DNA of 64,000 nt from Lytechinus pictus (lineage: Eukaryota), in the NCBI RefSeq assembly GCF_037042905.1, contig NC_087251.1, forward strand, positions 37,140,001 to 37,204,000. The letters are read 5' to 3'. The position numbers and the translations under genes were made by a program. Position 1 is the first letter of the stretch. Each line of letters opens with the position of its first letter. Positions 28,575 through 43,000 of the stretch are shown here, in pieces. The notes under the pieces were generated by a model, which ran no database searches, had not been told where the DNA came from, and worked only from the letters and a program-made list of their open reading frames with translations.

Positions 28575-30406
28575 AAAACAATGCATATATATTTTTATGC
28601 AACGGAATTTATGTCAACGGCATAAGCTATGCATGATTTTATGTCAAGATCGAAATTTATGTCATTATGACATAAATTTTTAGGCAACAGGGCCCTGATT
28701 TATTAAATTTTAAGAGGTAATTGACGAGTTTAAAGGTAGATAATATGTTTCTCTTTTCTTCATATGTGACAACGGCATAAAATTAAACTGCGAAATACAC
28801 ACTTTTTACTGGTGTTCCCACCCAACACAAATTAAGTGGAATGGGAAAGAAGAATGTTGCACTGGCATATAGACGGGGGCATGGGCGGAAATCTCTCCCA
28901 AAAGGTAGGGGGTACCAGGGGCGGATCCAGGATTTCCCCCCGGAAAATTTGACAAGCAAAAAAAAAAAGTATCACCCAAAATTTAGTCTTTTCTTTTCTT
29001 TAGGATCCTACATGTGTTATTTCGATTTTGAATGATGTATTTTTTTCCATCATAAAAGACCACAAATAGTAGGGGAGACATTCGATATGGTGCCCCCTCC
29101 CCTTTCCAAATGGAAGGGGGACGCGTCCCCCTGTCCCCTGGGATTTCTGCCCATGGATGGGGGGGGTGGTCTCTGGTCCCCTTTCCCCAAAAAAAAAGTT
29201 TCACGCGACCAAGAATAGGAAAGAAGGAAAGAGAGAATATGATACTATTTATTATTATTATCAAAATCTTTAAAGAGAATTTTTATTTCAAAAGGCAAAA
29301 TTTAACGCTCGCTCGTCATAATAGATACTTTTAAGCGCGGAGTCTCCTTCATGCACCCCCACGCACTTTGATGTTAAGTTGATGCGTGGGATTTAACAAT
29401 AGACGAATATTATGCTAGCCCATAAACACTTTCGAAAGATTGCTTTCGGCATCTTCTTTTCCTACTTTTGAAATGAAATATACGATAACAGTCCTTATGA
29501 ATCAAACGAAATTCATCGCATTGTGCTATGAATAATATAGATTTAGTTTACAAAGTAAATTTTCATCAAAGTAAAAGCGTGGATTTCGACGGAAATAGTA
29601 TAATCGTAAGATTAGACCAGCGCGGTGTCTTTTGATAATGAAGTTTTATCCTCAAAATAAATTAAAGATTTATATATTCACTGTAACAATGATTGATGTA
29701 GGAATCTCTCACGTTTAAAGATACAATCCACTGTCATGGTAATATATTGCATTGAATATTAATGGTTCCCACGGCCAGTCCAGTTGTTTCTCTTACAGAT
29801 TGGACGTTAACTTATTGCGTGGGATTAACGAAAATTGATGAAAGATGAATCAGATATTAGACAAACTAAACAAGGTAACAAAGTTATATATACCTTTGTC
29901 ATCAAATGGTATCTTTCATGGGATCCTTGGTTTTGATTGGCTATTGAGTATTGTTACCATTAGATGGCAAGTCAATAAAAACAATTTCTATGAAACGGGT
30001 GGGTATTTCATAAAGCTGTTCGTAAAGCCGTGGCCCTTTCACAATTTGTCCGCGACGTTTTGGTCGCACGACAGGCTGCAACAGGCATCAATTGCCAGCT
30101 ATCTTATTTGGTCGCAGGAAAGCTTTCACAAAATGCAACAGCTGTCGTACAACAACAACAAAACAGCATTAATTCGCATAATGCTCGTGCGAGTGGCCTT
30201 GCGTTCACATGCAAGTGCTGCACGAGTAATTTCAAGTGGTTTCACACCGATTTCAACAGTTGCACGACCAATTACATAGTCGTAAGAGTCGACGTGAAGC
30301 AATTCGATCGCTCGTATGATTAAAAAAAACAGTGCGAATGGTCGTACGATCTGATGAGAATGAATCGATCGCATTTGATCGCGTTTGGATTTTGAACATA
30401 TACATA

Positions 30407-31121
30407 CACTGTTAAAAAAAACCTGATTTTACAGAAAAAAGAAGAGTTTGCAGAAAGCTATAACAGAATCGTTAACAGAATCATTCTGTAAATTCATAAA
30501 ACAGGAATTTTTCTGCAATTTAACAGAACAGGTTTGTTTGAAAAGGGAAAAGGGTGTTCTATTCGGTTACACTTCGTAATTCCGAAGGTTCTTTATTCCG
30601 ACGGTTCGTAATTCCGAAACACGTAAATTGCCTATACCTAGATGTTCGTTAATCCGAAAACGTAAAAGGGTTCGTTAATCCGAACATTTGTGGCGTTATT
30701 CCGAAGGTTCGTCATTCCGAAGGTTCGATAATCCGAAAACGAAATAAGGTTCGATGTTCCGAAGGTTCGTCATTCTGAAAACGAAATAAGGTTCGTTGTT
30801 CCGAAGGTTCGTTAATCCGAAAACGAAATAAGGTTCGTTAGTCCGAAAACGAAATATGGTTCGTTAATCATTAGTTTTCGGACTAACAAACCTTCTGAAT
30901 TACGAACCTCACTTCGTTTTCGGACTAACGAACCTTCGGAATTACGAATGCATGCCGTTTTATTCAAGGAAATTTGTAAGGTTCCATACACCAAATACCA
31001 ATTTCCTGCAATTTTACATGATAATATAATGTAAGATTACGCAATCTGGTAAGATTACAGGTGTTCTCGAGACTCTGCTGCAGGAATTTCTTTCATTTTA
31101 AGGATAAATTTTCTAACAGTG
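30407..31121 (+). mobile_element. MITE with CACTGTTA termini flanked by TA
   Basis: ta|cactgttaaaa ... ttctaacagtg|ta. An uninterrupted inverted copy lies at about 59286-59578. Confidence 0.8.
30565..30956. mobile_element. Small foldback-type MITE built from ccgaaggttcg sub-repeats, 9-bp TSD
   Basis: TIR gg..ttcgtaattccgaaggttc at both ends; TSD gttctattc / gttttattc (1 mismatch). The empty site is visible in the 59.3-kb copy of the host element. Confidence 0.8.
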
Positions 31122-31814
31122 TATATTCAAAGTTCAGGTGCGACCAGTCACGACCACTCGTCTTCGGGCTCGCGCCCACTACGACTGCGACCGAGTGCTC
31201 GCAAGACTAGATCGATCGTGCAATACCAAGGGAAAAAACAAAGTGTTGCAGGCGGTCTTAAACTGATCGGGGAGCAATTGCCAATGGGCCTAAAATTACG
31301 AGTGACTTTAAGAACGATTTGTGACCCTTTCTTAATTCTTACAAACCAAACTTACATTGGTGTTGACTAAGTTCTTAAGAAAGGGCCACCAGTCGTTCGT
31401 AAGGTCGCCAGCAAGTTACCAACAACTCTACGAAACACCCAACAGGACTCCGATGATCAAAAAAATAAATAGTGTTTTATAACAAGTGGGTTATAGACAA
31501 CAATGATGATATGGAAGTTTAGACAAAATGGTTAATATGCGATCAGACCAAAAGGTCGGCATTTAGAAAGGAAATTTTACTCACTGATGTTTGATTATTA
31601 GCCCGGGATAAATTTTAGACCATGGTCTAAATCTGAGGGTTAAATCTCAGACTCAGATTCAGACTATGGTCCTCCTTTGTGAACACCGGCTAAGAAATCT
31701 ATATACTAAAAATCTGTTACCGAACTCGTATAGTAAACGAAATGGGATTTGACCAATTCGGACGAAACCAACACCTAGACGAAGCGGTTGTATAGCTATA
31801 GAAGGTTACATTAA

Positions 31815-32417
31815 AGGTCAAGTCCACCTCAGAAAAATGTTGATTTGAATAAACAGAGAAAAAATCAAACTAGCATAACGCTGAAAATTTCATAAAAATT
31901 GGATGTAAAATAAGAAAGTTATGAAAATTTAAAGTTTCGCTTATTTAAAAAAAAAAACAGTGATATGCACAACTCAGTGACATGCAAATGAGATAATCGA
32001 TGATGTCCCTCACTCACTATATTTTTTTTGTGTTAATTATTTGAATTATTCAATATTTCATCATTTACACATTTGACGATAGGGACCAACGTGACTGAAC
32101 TATATAGTATTAAACAATGCTAATTCCACATGTTCAGGGAGGAATTAATCGTTGATTCATTTGACAAAGAGGAGAAAATTATAATATTTCATATTCCATA
32201 TAATAAAATACAAAAGAAATAGTGAGTGGATGACGTCATTAGTCTCCTCATTTGCATACCGACCAGGATGTGCAGACAACTGTTTTGTGAAATTAAGCGA
32301 AACTTTAAAATGCCATAACTTTCTAATTTTACATCCGATTTTGATGAAATGTTCAGTGTTATGCTTGTTGGATTTTTTTTTCAAATTAACTTTTTGTTGG
32401 GGTGAACTTAATTGTCC
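31815..32417. mobile_element. TTAA-flanked MITE (Kolobok/piggyBac-type non-autonomous element)
   Basis: ttaa|aggtcaagtccacc ... ggtgaacttaattgtcc|ttaa, with long imperfect sub-terminal inverted repeats. A related fragment lies at about 63860-63952. Confidence 0.7.
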
Positions 32418-32549
32418 TTAAATAAAATGGTGTGTGTCTGCATGCGCTTGAACCGCTCAGTGTGGGTGCGGGTGTGTATTGTAACTGTCAATTACAGACC
32501 TCATGAAAATTGTTTAGATCACAGAATTATTATAATAATGATAAATTAA

Positions 32550-32831
32550 TAATAATAATAATAATATACGATTTGTATAGCGCACGTATCCACCTTGCTA
32601 GGTGCTCAAGGCGCTCCTATATCACCCCGGCTAAGCTAGTCTACCGATTCCGATGCGCACAGCTTTTTTGAGATATTACTTCCTGCCGGTACCCATTTAC
32701 GTCACCTGGGTTGAGTGCAGCACAATGGGGATACATTTCTTGCTAAAGGTAAAAACGCCATGGCTTGGAATCGAACCCACGTCCTTCAGATTGAAAGACG
32801 AGAATCTTAACCACTAGACCACGACGCCCCC
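32550..32831 (-). mobile_element. tRNA-derived SINE
   Basis: The reverse complement has an A-box (gtggtctagtgg), a B-box (ggttcgattcc), a body shared with the copy at 49158, and an (ATT)n tail. Confidence 0.85.
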
Positions 32832-33689
32832 AATAATTAGTTTATGTCATTTTTTTACTAAGTGTGTGGGTGTGTGAATGGGTGGGTGTTTATGTCCGTG
32901 TTTGACAGGTGTATATTTTTTCACTACAGAAATGCAATGTTCCCATGTAGATAAACAGCGTTTCTACCTTTAAAGGGGGGGGGTCTCACCTTGGTCATAA
33001 AATGTGTGCAAGAGAAGAGAAAATGATAGAAACGAAATTTTCAAAAGAACTTAGACGACGAATAAGAAGGTAAATAAAGTTACATAGCTGTTACGAAAAA
33101 GGCATCACTGTGACTATAATTTCAAATTGGCAATCATGAAAAGTGGTAAACTTACCCAAAGGGTGTGTCCCTAATAGGAATATTTTATTTTCTATAAGCA
33201 CTTATTCCCCTGCGTTCTCCAATCTAAACCTTATGAATCTGCGAGAAAGAGAATATTGATACAAAAATTGACTTAGAATGACAATAATTATGAAGCTGTA
33301 TTCAAAGATTGTTTTATAGCCAAGAGTGCTTATCTCTTTTGATTTGCTATTTGAATCGAGTCCGACGAATGCTTAGAGTACAAACATGTATTTAACTGTA
33401 TGAAGATAATGGATGCAAACAGGTCCTATAAAACACACATTAAAAGAAAATCTATCCAATATTATTTCAAGAACATTAAAGGGGCCGAGAAAGGAATATG
33501 GGGGGGGGGGGTGGATACCATGCAAAATATCAGAATCAGAAGCTTTTTTTTATTTTTATCTCAGATGGTAATTTTTACGTTTTTGTGCACGGTTTTAGAA
33601 AAAAGTGAAGCCCCCCCCCCCCCCCCGTTCTGCGGCCCCTCTAATGTTCGTTATTGTATATTGTTAGTAGCACCATAACAATGTCCACA

Positions 33690-33899
33690 ATGGTCACCGC
33701 CCATCATCATTTTAATGCAAGCGCGTGCATTGTTACGTCATTACCAAATGCGCCCACGTTTATCAGCTAATCAACGCGTTGCTACCAACTAAATCACAAT
33801 TTTTTCAAGCTTCTCATCGATCGGAACAAACGTTGAGTTCAGCATGTAAAATTCGCAAGAAAATCAAGCGAATAAGGCTGATTTACCGGAAGATCGACA
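33690..33899 (+). promoter_or_regulatory. Putative proximal promoter / 5' UTR of the TMEM145-like gene
   Basis: CpG-richer patch directly upstream of ATG 33900 with a GC box (ccgccc), a CRE-like ttacgtca and an X-box-like gttgctaccaac (33778-33789). Motif function is untested. Confidence 0.4.
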
Positions 33900-34001
33900 A
33901 TGGAACTTGGAAAATTCTTCGTGCTAGTTTTGGCCTGCATTTTGCTCGTTTCGGGCAATGCAGATGCCAAATTCAAACGCGGGGAAATCTCTACAGAACA
34001 G
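33900..34001 (+). CDS. TMEM145: TMEM145-like exon 1 (signal peptide)
   Basis: MELGKFFVLVLACILLVSGNADAKFKRGEISTEQ; donor gtgagt. Confidence 0.9.
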
Positions 34002-37000
34002 GTGAGTTGCAAGAGAGAAGACGCGGGGGAAGAAATATTATCGTGGTTGTGTTGGGTGCTCTGACACATTATTATGAAATAAAACTCTCTGGTTGGATTT
34101 ACTAAAATATTCGATGAAAAAGAAGATGATAATATTATTTTTAACATTATTTTTCTGAATCAAAACTTCCTTCCTCTTCTTGTTCCTTTTTCATGTTTTT
34201 GGTGTTGTTTCCGTTTAGCATGTTGTTTATTTAATCTAATATTATGTTTATGACTTAATAAATATTGTTACCAATCTATGGGTTTATTTCTTAGATTTAA
34301 ATGTTATATTTATGTCAACTGTATTGTTTTATTTACCTATCTAATCATTTTGGTGTATTCTATTTTTAATCGATTCTATTCAAGGCGCTGAAATTGTTTT
34401 TTTTTCTAAGAATGTTTTCTTAATTGTTCTGTTACTATGTTTTTGATAGGTATTACTATCTATATTTTGCACTCCAATTGTTTTTTTTCTTCTTTCTTAT
34501 AAACTTCTAAGTCGTGCTGATTTATGTATTATTTACCTTTTTATTTTCTGCTTCATTTCAAGTTACACTCTTTTGTATTGTTTGTAAGTATGTTTGTGTA
34601 TGTGAACCACTTTTAAAAATAATTCTGCTGAAATGGCTGTACATCCTAATACTGGAAATTACAAAACAAATAGAATGATTTCTTTATGTGGTGTGAAACA
34701 TCAATACTATAAACAATAATTATGAAATATTTTTATAACAATTTATACAATATTTTCTATCAAAATTCTTGAAATTGCCTCCTTGATCAGATTTACAACG
34801 GGAAAAATATTTTCTTTTCTCCACCCCCCCCCCCGAAAAATCACAATTTCATACGTCACCGAGGCAATTTTTTTTTTGCATTTCTGCATTTATTAATAAA
34901 TCAAAATTACAAATTTATAACAATGATAGAACATCAAACATACATAATGATCAAATTACAAAGGTGACAATTGTATAGTAGTTAAGTAGATATAGACATA
35001 ATTCATGTAAAAAATAACAAATGAATTTAAATGCAGAGGCCAACTATCGTAAGCTGAAAGCTTGAAATAATAGCAGCCAGGTCTGATTATTATTTTGGTA
35101 TGATTAATATCTGATTATTTTCTCACAGAGAAAGTAAGGATTCATGTTGAAACTAGACGAAAAATAAAGAAAACAAAAAATAAAAGGCCTATATACATGT
35201 AGTCGCCAGAAATACCTGGCGTGTTTTGCAATAAAGAGTGCACAATTCTATATTTCTTTATTAATAAGAATAATGTTTAAACTAATAAGCATACATTTAT
35301 ACATAAATTATGGATTTTACATTTCCCTTATGAACAGACAAACTGTACTCATGAATAAAACCGCACAGAACTTTCTAGGTCATTTAATATCCACCCCCTC
35401 TCTCTCTCTCTCTCTCTTCTTTAGGACATGGCCTTCCTGGGTTATTTTTATTTCCAAAACAGGGAGGACAATGTCCTCAACTACACAATAAAGTACCCAG
35501 CTGTAAGTAATCTCCTTACAAATACTATAATTGGATTAAAATCAATCACAATTTTAGATAGATCTAAACTCTTAGGGACACACAAAGTTAAGATAAATTT
35601 AATAAATTTTATCGCACACTGTACATTTGAGTACAAACCACGGATATCAATTCGTTTTGAAAGAGAATTGTTATATAATTGAGATGATGATTATAATGTA
35701 GCCTATAGTATTGTGTCATATCTTTACTTGCTTTTTGTTAGGATATCATAGTTTGTAAGATCTAAAAATAAGTAGATCAAAAGTTTAAAATTGACCGAGG
35801 AATGATAATATGATCAGCCTTCTATAGCTTGACGATTGATATTTATTTTGTAAACTTTGAATAAATATACATGTAGAATACATTTTCTGTAGGACCAATG
35901 CTGCTATCGACTTGTCATATTCGATGAAAGCTCTGGTCAGTGGGGAAGCATACGACCGAACGAAGATAGTCTGGTAATCAAGCATTCAATTCTTAATTCT
36001 TGACATAATACTAAGATTCTTACCATTTTTTATAGATATGATTTACATCACGGATGCAATCATAAAAATTAATTGTTTCATATATGATCCGAAATTATCT
36101 ATTAGTGTTAATTTCTAACGCACCCCCTCCCCTCTACATATAGTGTGTAGGCCTATCATAAATATGTTACACTTTGGAAAATCTTTTTTTTTTAAGAAAC
36201 AAAAACAAACAAACTAACAGATATGAAAAAAGTCGTTTTGATATTGATAGATGTTTTGAAGTCTCCACAATCAGATGACACCAATATTGCAATTAAATAA
36301 ACGGACAAGCAACTCTTATTGAGTACTGGCATTCGAGTTATTGATCTTTGCATACATTTATGGTTATATGTCAGTTCAATTTATTTAATTTTTTCATTTG
36401 TTTTATGCAAGGTTGAGGATAATTAATATGTAATAACTTTAATTTTAATAAGAACTTGACAAAGCTCTTACTAGAAGTACACAAATGAAAAATATTTAGA
36501 CAAATCACCACACACTTAAAATGTTGGGCAACATACTTTCCATTGTGTTGGGTAATGTATGTCGGTAAAAAAATATATTTATATTCTGGGTAATTATTAT
36601 CCAATTGAAGACACTTTATTACCGAATTATTAGTTTTTATTACCCAAATTGGGCAGATTTTAACCAATAGTTGTGTGGACAGTATGTTGCCCAGGGTTGG
36701 TTAAAAGTTGCTAAATTCATTATTGTTCGTGCAAAATAATTGCTAAGTATGTCGTCTTGCAAAATGAAGATTGTTTCAATCTCATCTGCCTTGAAGAAAA
36801 ATTATCACGGTTGATTAACCTAAAATCTAATGTGAAAGTACCTTGGAATCCCCAGCGAAATTGAGCGTTTTTCAGTATACCGGGACTGTAAAACCTTCAG
36901 ATGCGATAATTTTTTAGTTATATTTCTGACAGCTTGCTGCTTGACTTGTTAACACCTTTGAGATTTTAACACATTTTCACCTTCAATTTGAGTCTTTCGT

Positions 37001-40000
37001 ATTTTGCGTTATTTTCAGCTTAAAATTGGGAAGAAAAAATATAGACCCCGATTAAATAAGAAAGGTCAGTTTTCTTTTATGAGTTTCTATTTTTCCCCAA
37101 CAGACCTGTCGGAGTAAACTTGATCGTGTAAAGGATCTGGACTACAAAATCAAATTGACTGGCCTTGATCCTACTTGTCACGTGATCACTGATGACAATG
37201 GTTTCAAAGTATGTTGTGTGTTATAAATTCACTGTAGACATTAGGCCTACTCTTTAAATTCATGTCATAACTTTCCGTTATTAGCCAATGGGAAATTTTA
37301 TCGTACCCATAACTGGGTAATTCTGGTGACTAAAACTGCATGAAGATAATAAGTGCTTAATTAATAATTACATAGTGGACAGCCTACGACCCAAAGTTGG
37401 TTAAGAATTGGTTGATAGATTAACGAATCATTTAAAGAGTGCACGACTTATATATTTCCATGGAAAAATACAAATTTGTACCTTTTTATGCTCCTTCTTC
37501 ACAAAACATAACAACATTTAATATGTCTAACTACCAAGAGTCTAGTCATTGATATTATTACAGTTATTATTATTATCAACATCATCAGTTTCATTATTAT
37601 TGTCTTGTAATTGATATCATTATCAGTATCATCATTACGATTTAAATTATCACACTCGATTTTAGTAGTCTAGGAGTAATATTTGCATTCGTTGTAATGA
37701 TAATAATAGTAGTAGTGTTACTGCTAGTATATACATCCTCCTATTCAAATCAATATATGACGACAAGATTGTGGTGGCATATATGAAATATATGCCCCAT
37801 CCTCGACAAAAAGCAACAACAATAGAATAAAGTATTCATCTTTCTTCATGAGATCGTTATTTTCACTTTGAATTATGGATACCACTTAATAGTTTCTGAA
37901 TCATTTTTATTTTTCTACTTTTTTTTATTCAGTGGCTTGTTTGTCAAGATACCATCACCTTCGAATCCCGACAGCGACCACAGAACTACTTCGTAACGTT
38001 GGCAAATTGTAGGAGTAATAGAAAGGGGTTAAGGAACGTCTCGTACACCTTACATATGACCAATGGGAAAGATGGACTCTGGACGGAATTTGCGGAGAAT
38101 CAGAAGTGTAAGATTTGTCATCATGCTTATTTAATTCATTAATGGCGTCACAGTTTTGCCGCATTATTAGATACAAAAGAAATAATATTCAGAAAAAAAC
38201 ATTACTGAGTAAAAATATCGCCGACGTAAATAAACTTTGTAATCGTGGAAGTTGGCATAAACAATGGGGGAGTGACATGATTCCTCATGAAAGAAAAGTT
38301 ATGATATGTTCATCTACTTTAGGTCCTGAAAACCAACTCAGGCATTATTACAACATTGATGTCATACTCATTTTATTTATTAAACAACACATATATGAAA
38401 ATCTATGTTTTTTTTCGTACAGTCATGATGGAGACTGACTTGGCCTTCTTTCTTGGATACGTGGCGATGACTATCGTGGCTACTCGATTCAGATGTAAGT
38501 ATACAATTAATCTCATAAATTTCAGTTATAACTTTATTTTCCCATTATAGCTGTGAGAAGTATTTGTCTATTTTCTTTCATGTCTATAACATTCAATATC
38601 TATGAATGATATATACTGTACATTTGCATGATACTAAAGGGTAAATTTTCACTTTCATTTATCAATATGTAATTTCATTCTTATTCTAGACGTCTTGTCA
38701 CTGAGGAAACTACTGCACCTGACCTATCGGTTATTCTACAGCAGTCTGTTCTTCAAGACAGTGTGTCTTCTACTCCTAAACATCGATTTATCGAGGTTTG
38801 CCCGGACCGGACTTGAAATGACTAAGATGCAAGACGCTGGTAATTGTAGCTAATTTCATATTTAAAGCAATATTATAAGCCTAAAACTGTTCTATTAATA
38901 ACCTCCTAAAATAAACCATTACTGAGAGGTAACATTTACTTGAAATAACTCTAAACATAATATGATAAAGTTAATTATAACTATATCAAATTTTTGCATG
39001 ATTTATATCTCTATTTTATTTTCAGCTGAGGTTTTCTCGTGGCTGTCTACGGTTTTCTTTGTGTGTGTTCTACTTCTTGTGTCAAAGGGGTTCTCTATCA
39101 CCAGGTAAGTATTACCTCACACAATGTCAAGATAAATGGATATGTTTACCTAATGAATGCTTTAAAGACACTCGTAAATTAAGGTTTTAAATTTGCACCA
39201 TAAGGAAACATTATTGGGTTGTCATGCTGCAAAAAATAACCCATTTTTTATCGTTTGTACCCCGATATGCACATCTGCACTAAAAGAACTGCGCATTTGT
39301 ATTTTTACATATAATAAGGGTTAGAATATGTACCTTCCTTAAACGGGTCATATCTACACCCTTTAGGATGCAAAATGTAAATTATACACACAATTTTGAA
39401 TATTTTCGTAATAAGGACAATTGAAGATGGTTGCTGTGGTGATGGTGGTGTTAATGAAGATAAAGTTGTTGATGATGATGACGATAATGATCAAGATGAT
39501 GATGTAGGTGGTGATTAATGATCAAAATGATGATGAGGATAATGAATATTTCACGGTTTCCTTCCCACAGAGCTCAGATAAGCCTACCTGGAACAGTGAA
39601 GACAATAGTGTTTGGTGCTATCTACTTGACATTCTACACTATCGTCTTCTTTGACCAACGTGTGCTCCTGGACCCCCAAGACACCATTACCAGTATGACG
39701 TCACTATCAGCAAGCGGTTTGATTGGCCTAAAGTTTACAGGTACCAGAGTGTTCATTTATATCAAGCAGGGTAAAAAAATCCAGAAGAATTGTGAGACCA
39801 CTGTACGGTTTCATTTTTTTTTTTATTATCAATATGAACTACATTTTACCTCTATTTAAAAAAAAAAACGCTTAAAGTAAGAACGTCTCTAAACGCCCTG
39901 AAGTATATATTTATCGACTCATACATGTATTACTAATATGATAATTACAAACTGTTGTGTCTTTTTCTATCCTCCTTTCTTTCTTTGTTTCTCTCTCTCT

Positions 40001-43000
40001 CTCTCTCTCTCTCTTGACCAACCCCCCCCCCCCCCCCCTCTCTCGATCTCTTCAGGCGCTATCATATTCGTATACGGCTGTATGGTTACGATCAAGAACC
40101 ACCCAAGAAAGGTGCCCTTCTATTTACCATTCGCTATCTTCTTTAGTGTTTGGTTTGTAGCTGAGCCTACCTATCGACTTTTATACTTGTACGTCTACCC
40201 AATTCTGAAAAGGTATCTAATATTTGTGTCTTATCTTTTCCATTACCTAAACAAGAAAAAGTGTGCTCCACTTAATTAACAGAAGGAAATTAACGGGCCT
40301 ACTCAATATCTCGATAATTTAGATTTTCCTTTACATTTCTTCCACACGAACAAATCAAATGGCAGAATTATATCGTGTTTATCGGGAAACACAATGCTGA
40401 ATGGGTTTCATGACATTTGCTACATGTTAAGCCAAATATAAAACTTAACCTCCAAAACGAAATAAAACCCTAATCCTTATCTTTATATCATTTTGAGCCA
40501 AAACTCTATTACAATCCTAACTGTAACCCTATGCCCTCCGAGAAGACCGAAGGAAGTGTCGCAGCACCAAATATCGTGACACCGTTGAATGTTCTCCTCG
40601 TTGGGAAAGATTCTGAATGAAAAGTATAGGGGTTATGCTATTTATTGTGATTAAAAAAATAGGCCATTTTAAAAGAATGTGTGAATATTTATTATTGATA
40701 TTATGTATGCTTTTCATAACACGTCAAAATAGACAATAGAATCTGTTTGCATAATCACAAACAGGAATGAAATTGCGTGGATATTTAAAAAGCAAACGAG
40801 CCCTATAACCCAAAATTATTCGCATTTATCACTAGTTAATCTGCATCACATTTTACTTTTTTCACAGTCCAAATATCTGGAATGGAATCGACTTGGCTTT
40901 GTCTTTTGCTGGACATGCCTATTTCCTGTATTTAACGCGACCGGGCCGTCTTAATAAACGGTTCCCTTTCCATCTGCGAGCAGGCAAGGTATGCCTAAAG
41001 GCTATTTTTTATCATTAGTTTTCAATATTATTCATTATATTTATGCACTTTTGGGGGAGGGGGTATTTAATGTTCTTTTATTCCTGTCGACATCATGTAT
41101 CTACACTTTAAAAACAGATGAGTTCTGGTTGCATTGCCTTCTCATAAAAGACTCATATAGAAGCTATTTTAAATATTTTACTTGAAAAGAAAACTTCAGA
41201 AAATGATTATTACATTTTTGCTGAAATAAAAGGGAAGAACGTAAAAAACGTAATGATAAAAAATATAGTGTACATATTGGCTTATTTATTTAGATTTTTT
41301 GTGATTTGTTCTCCTTAACCTAGGTTTCTTTCCGTGATATCGATGAGAACGTAGAAGATCTCTATGCTCCTTCGAAGGACCTCTATTCAGTTTTCCAAAT
41401 TGGAAAGAAATCGGATATCAGAAATGGAACGACACTGACTATTCTCGAAGAACCCCAGCACTTCAAAACACCTGTGGTAGGCATTTGTTTAATCTAGAAT
41501 TCCATATAACTTAATAATAATTACCAAGTTAAAAAAACATGAATGATTATTGAAAAGAAATCCACTACAATGTTATCATGTTCATGCGGACAACGTCCCG
41601 AAGGCAAGAAAAAAAAAGCTCATTTAACAACAAACCGTCCTGAAGAGAAATTGTCAATCAAGGACAAATACTAGACATTCCTTTGCATGTTGTTTGAAAT
41701 GTCATTTTCTTCTAAATTTAGGTGCCTTTCAACGCACCTTCAGAAGAGTGCCTGGCTGTTCTTCCTCGACCATCCTCACCGGAGATACCAATCGTGTCTG
41801 CTACTGTCGACCTATCGTACCGAACACCCTCACCGGTTATACCAACGGTATCTGGTACTCTCCAGAAACAGACACCTGCAACGTCCTCGGTATTCGTTGA
41901 CATGCCTTCTGTTGTGACTAAGCAGTCATTCAAGATCACCCCTGCTGGGTCACCAAGCTGTAAGCTACGCAAGAAACAAATTCATGAGGAAGACCGGGCA
42001 GCAGTTGAAATATCCACGGTAGGTTGTGAAAAGAAATTTATTGCATGTAGCTGCCCCGGCGCCCAGAAATCAAATTAATTCGGGGGTCTTAATCTAGATA
42101 TCCCATTACATAAAGAAGATGTTTTCTCTCTCTCTTGAACAGCAAACTATATCAGTCTTATTAAATGATAGCCATTCAACAGTTTATATGCCTAGAAATA
42201 TTTCATTATTTTGGCACACTTCGCCTAGGTTTGCTAAGAGTAAATTTATTTTGAAATTGTCTCGTGTGCTTCATAATGTGATCAAGTATTCATATTAACT
42301 TTGTACGATGGGTTGATAAGACAAGTATTATTTGAAATTAATACCTTAACATTCGACATCAACTGCAAATGGGTTCAACTCTATTAGAAGATAAAGCTTT
42401 CTTTTTGGCAATTGATTCCTCGCCATGCCTGGCTGAGTGAGAAGTGATTCATTTTCCTCATTATTTCTATTACATATCTTGGATGTACATGTAGGCTTCT
42501 GTTCCTAATGGAGGGTTCTCTATATTCTGCGTCCAAAATCAACCGGTGAGTACCTTTAAGAGTTACAGTCAATACAATGCAAAAGATGGAAAGTTCTTGG
42601 GAGATAGGTGGGGTACGAATTTCCCGAGAATAATTATAACCGTTAACTAAAAATTCTAAGGAAATTATCCTGATGCCGATAAGCGTACTTGCATTTTTAT
42701 TTTTCTTGGAGTTTGCGTCTTTAAGAAATGAACCACAGCGCTATCTAATGAAGATGTTAACATCGTGTACTTATATTATTGTAGGACACTGGAACTTCTC
42801 CTGTATCTGATTCCATCACAACGGAACACAAGAAGAAATCACAACCCGACGAAAAGGTATACGTTTATATTGATTTTGAAATATCTTTTACCTTAATCCA
42901 CAGAATCACAGTAATGATGGCAACCATTGTAAAGAATTCTCCATTCACTGTGATAAAAAAAATAATAATAGTGGTTTCGTTAATTTATATCGCTCATGTT

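Larger units (their letters stand above)
30001..31440. mobile_element. Non-autonomous TIR element (possibly PIF/Harbinger-like), host of two nested insertions
   Basis: The left end gggtatttcataaagctgttcgtaa matches the reverse-complemented right end gggtgtttcgtagagttgttggtaa. The superfamily assignment is inference. Confidence 0.6.

Noticed and set aside
28055..28683. The same repeat ORFs in the right arm
   Set aside because: Mirror image of the left arm; non-coding repeat.
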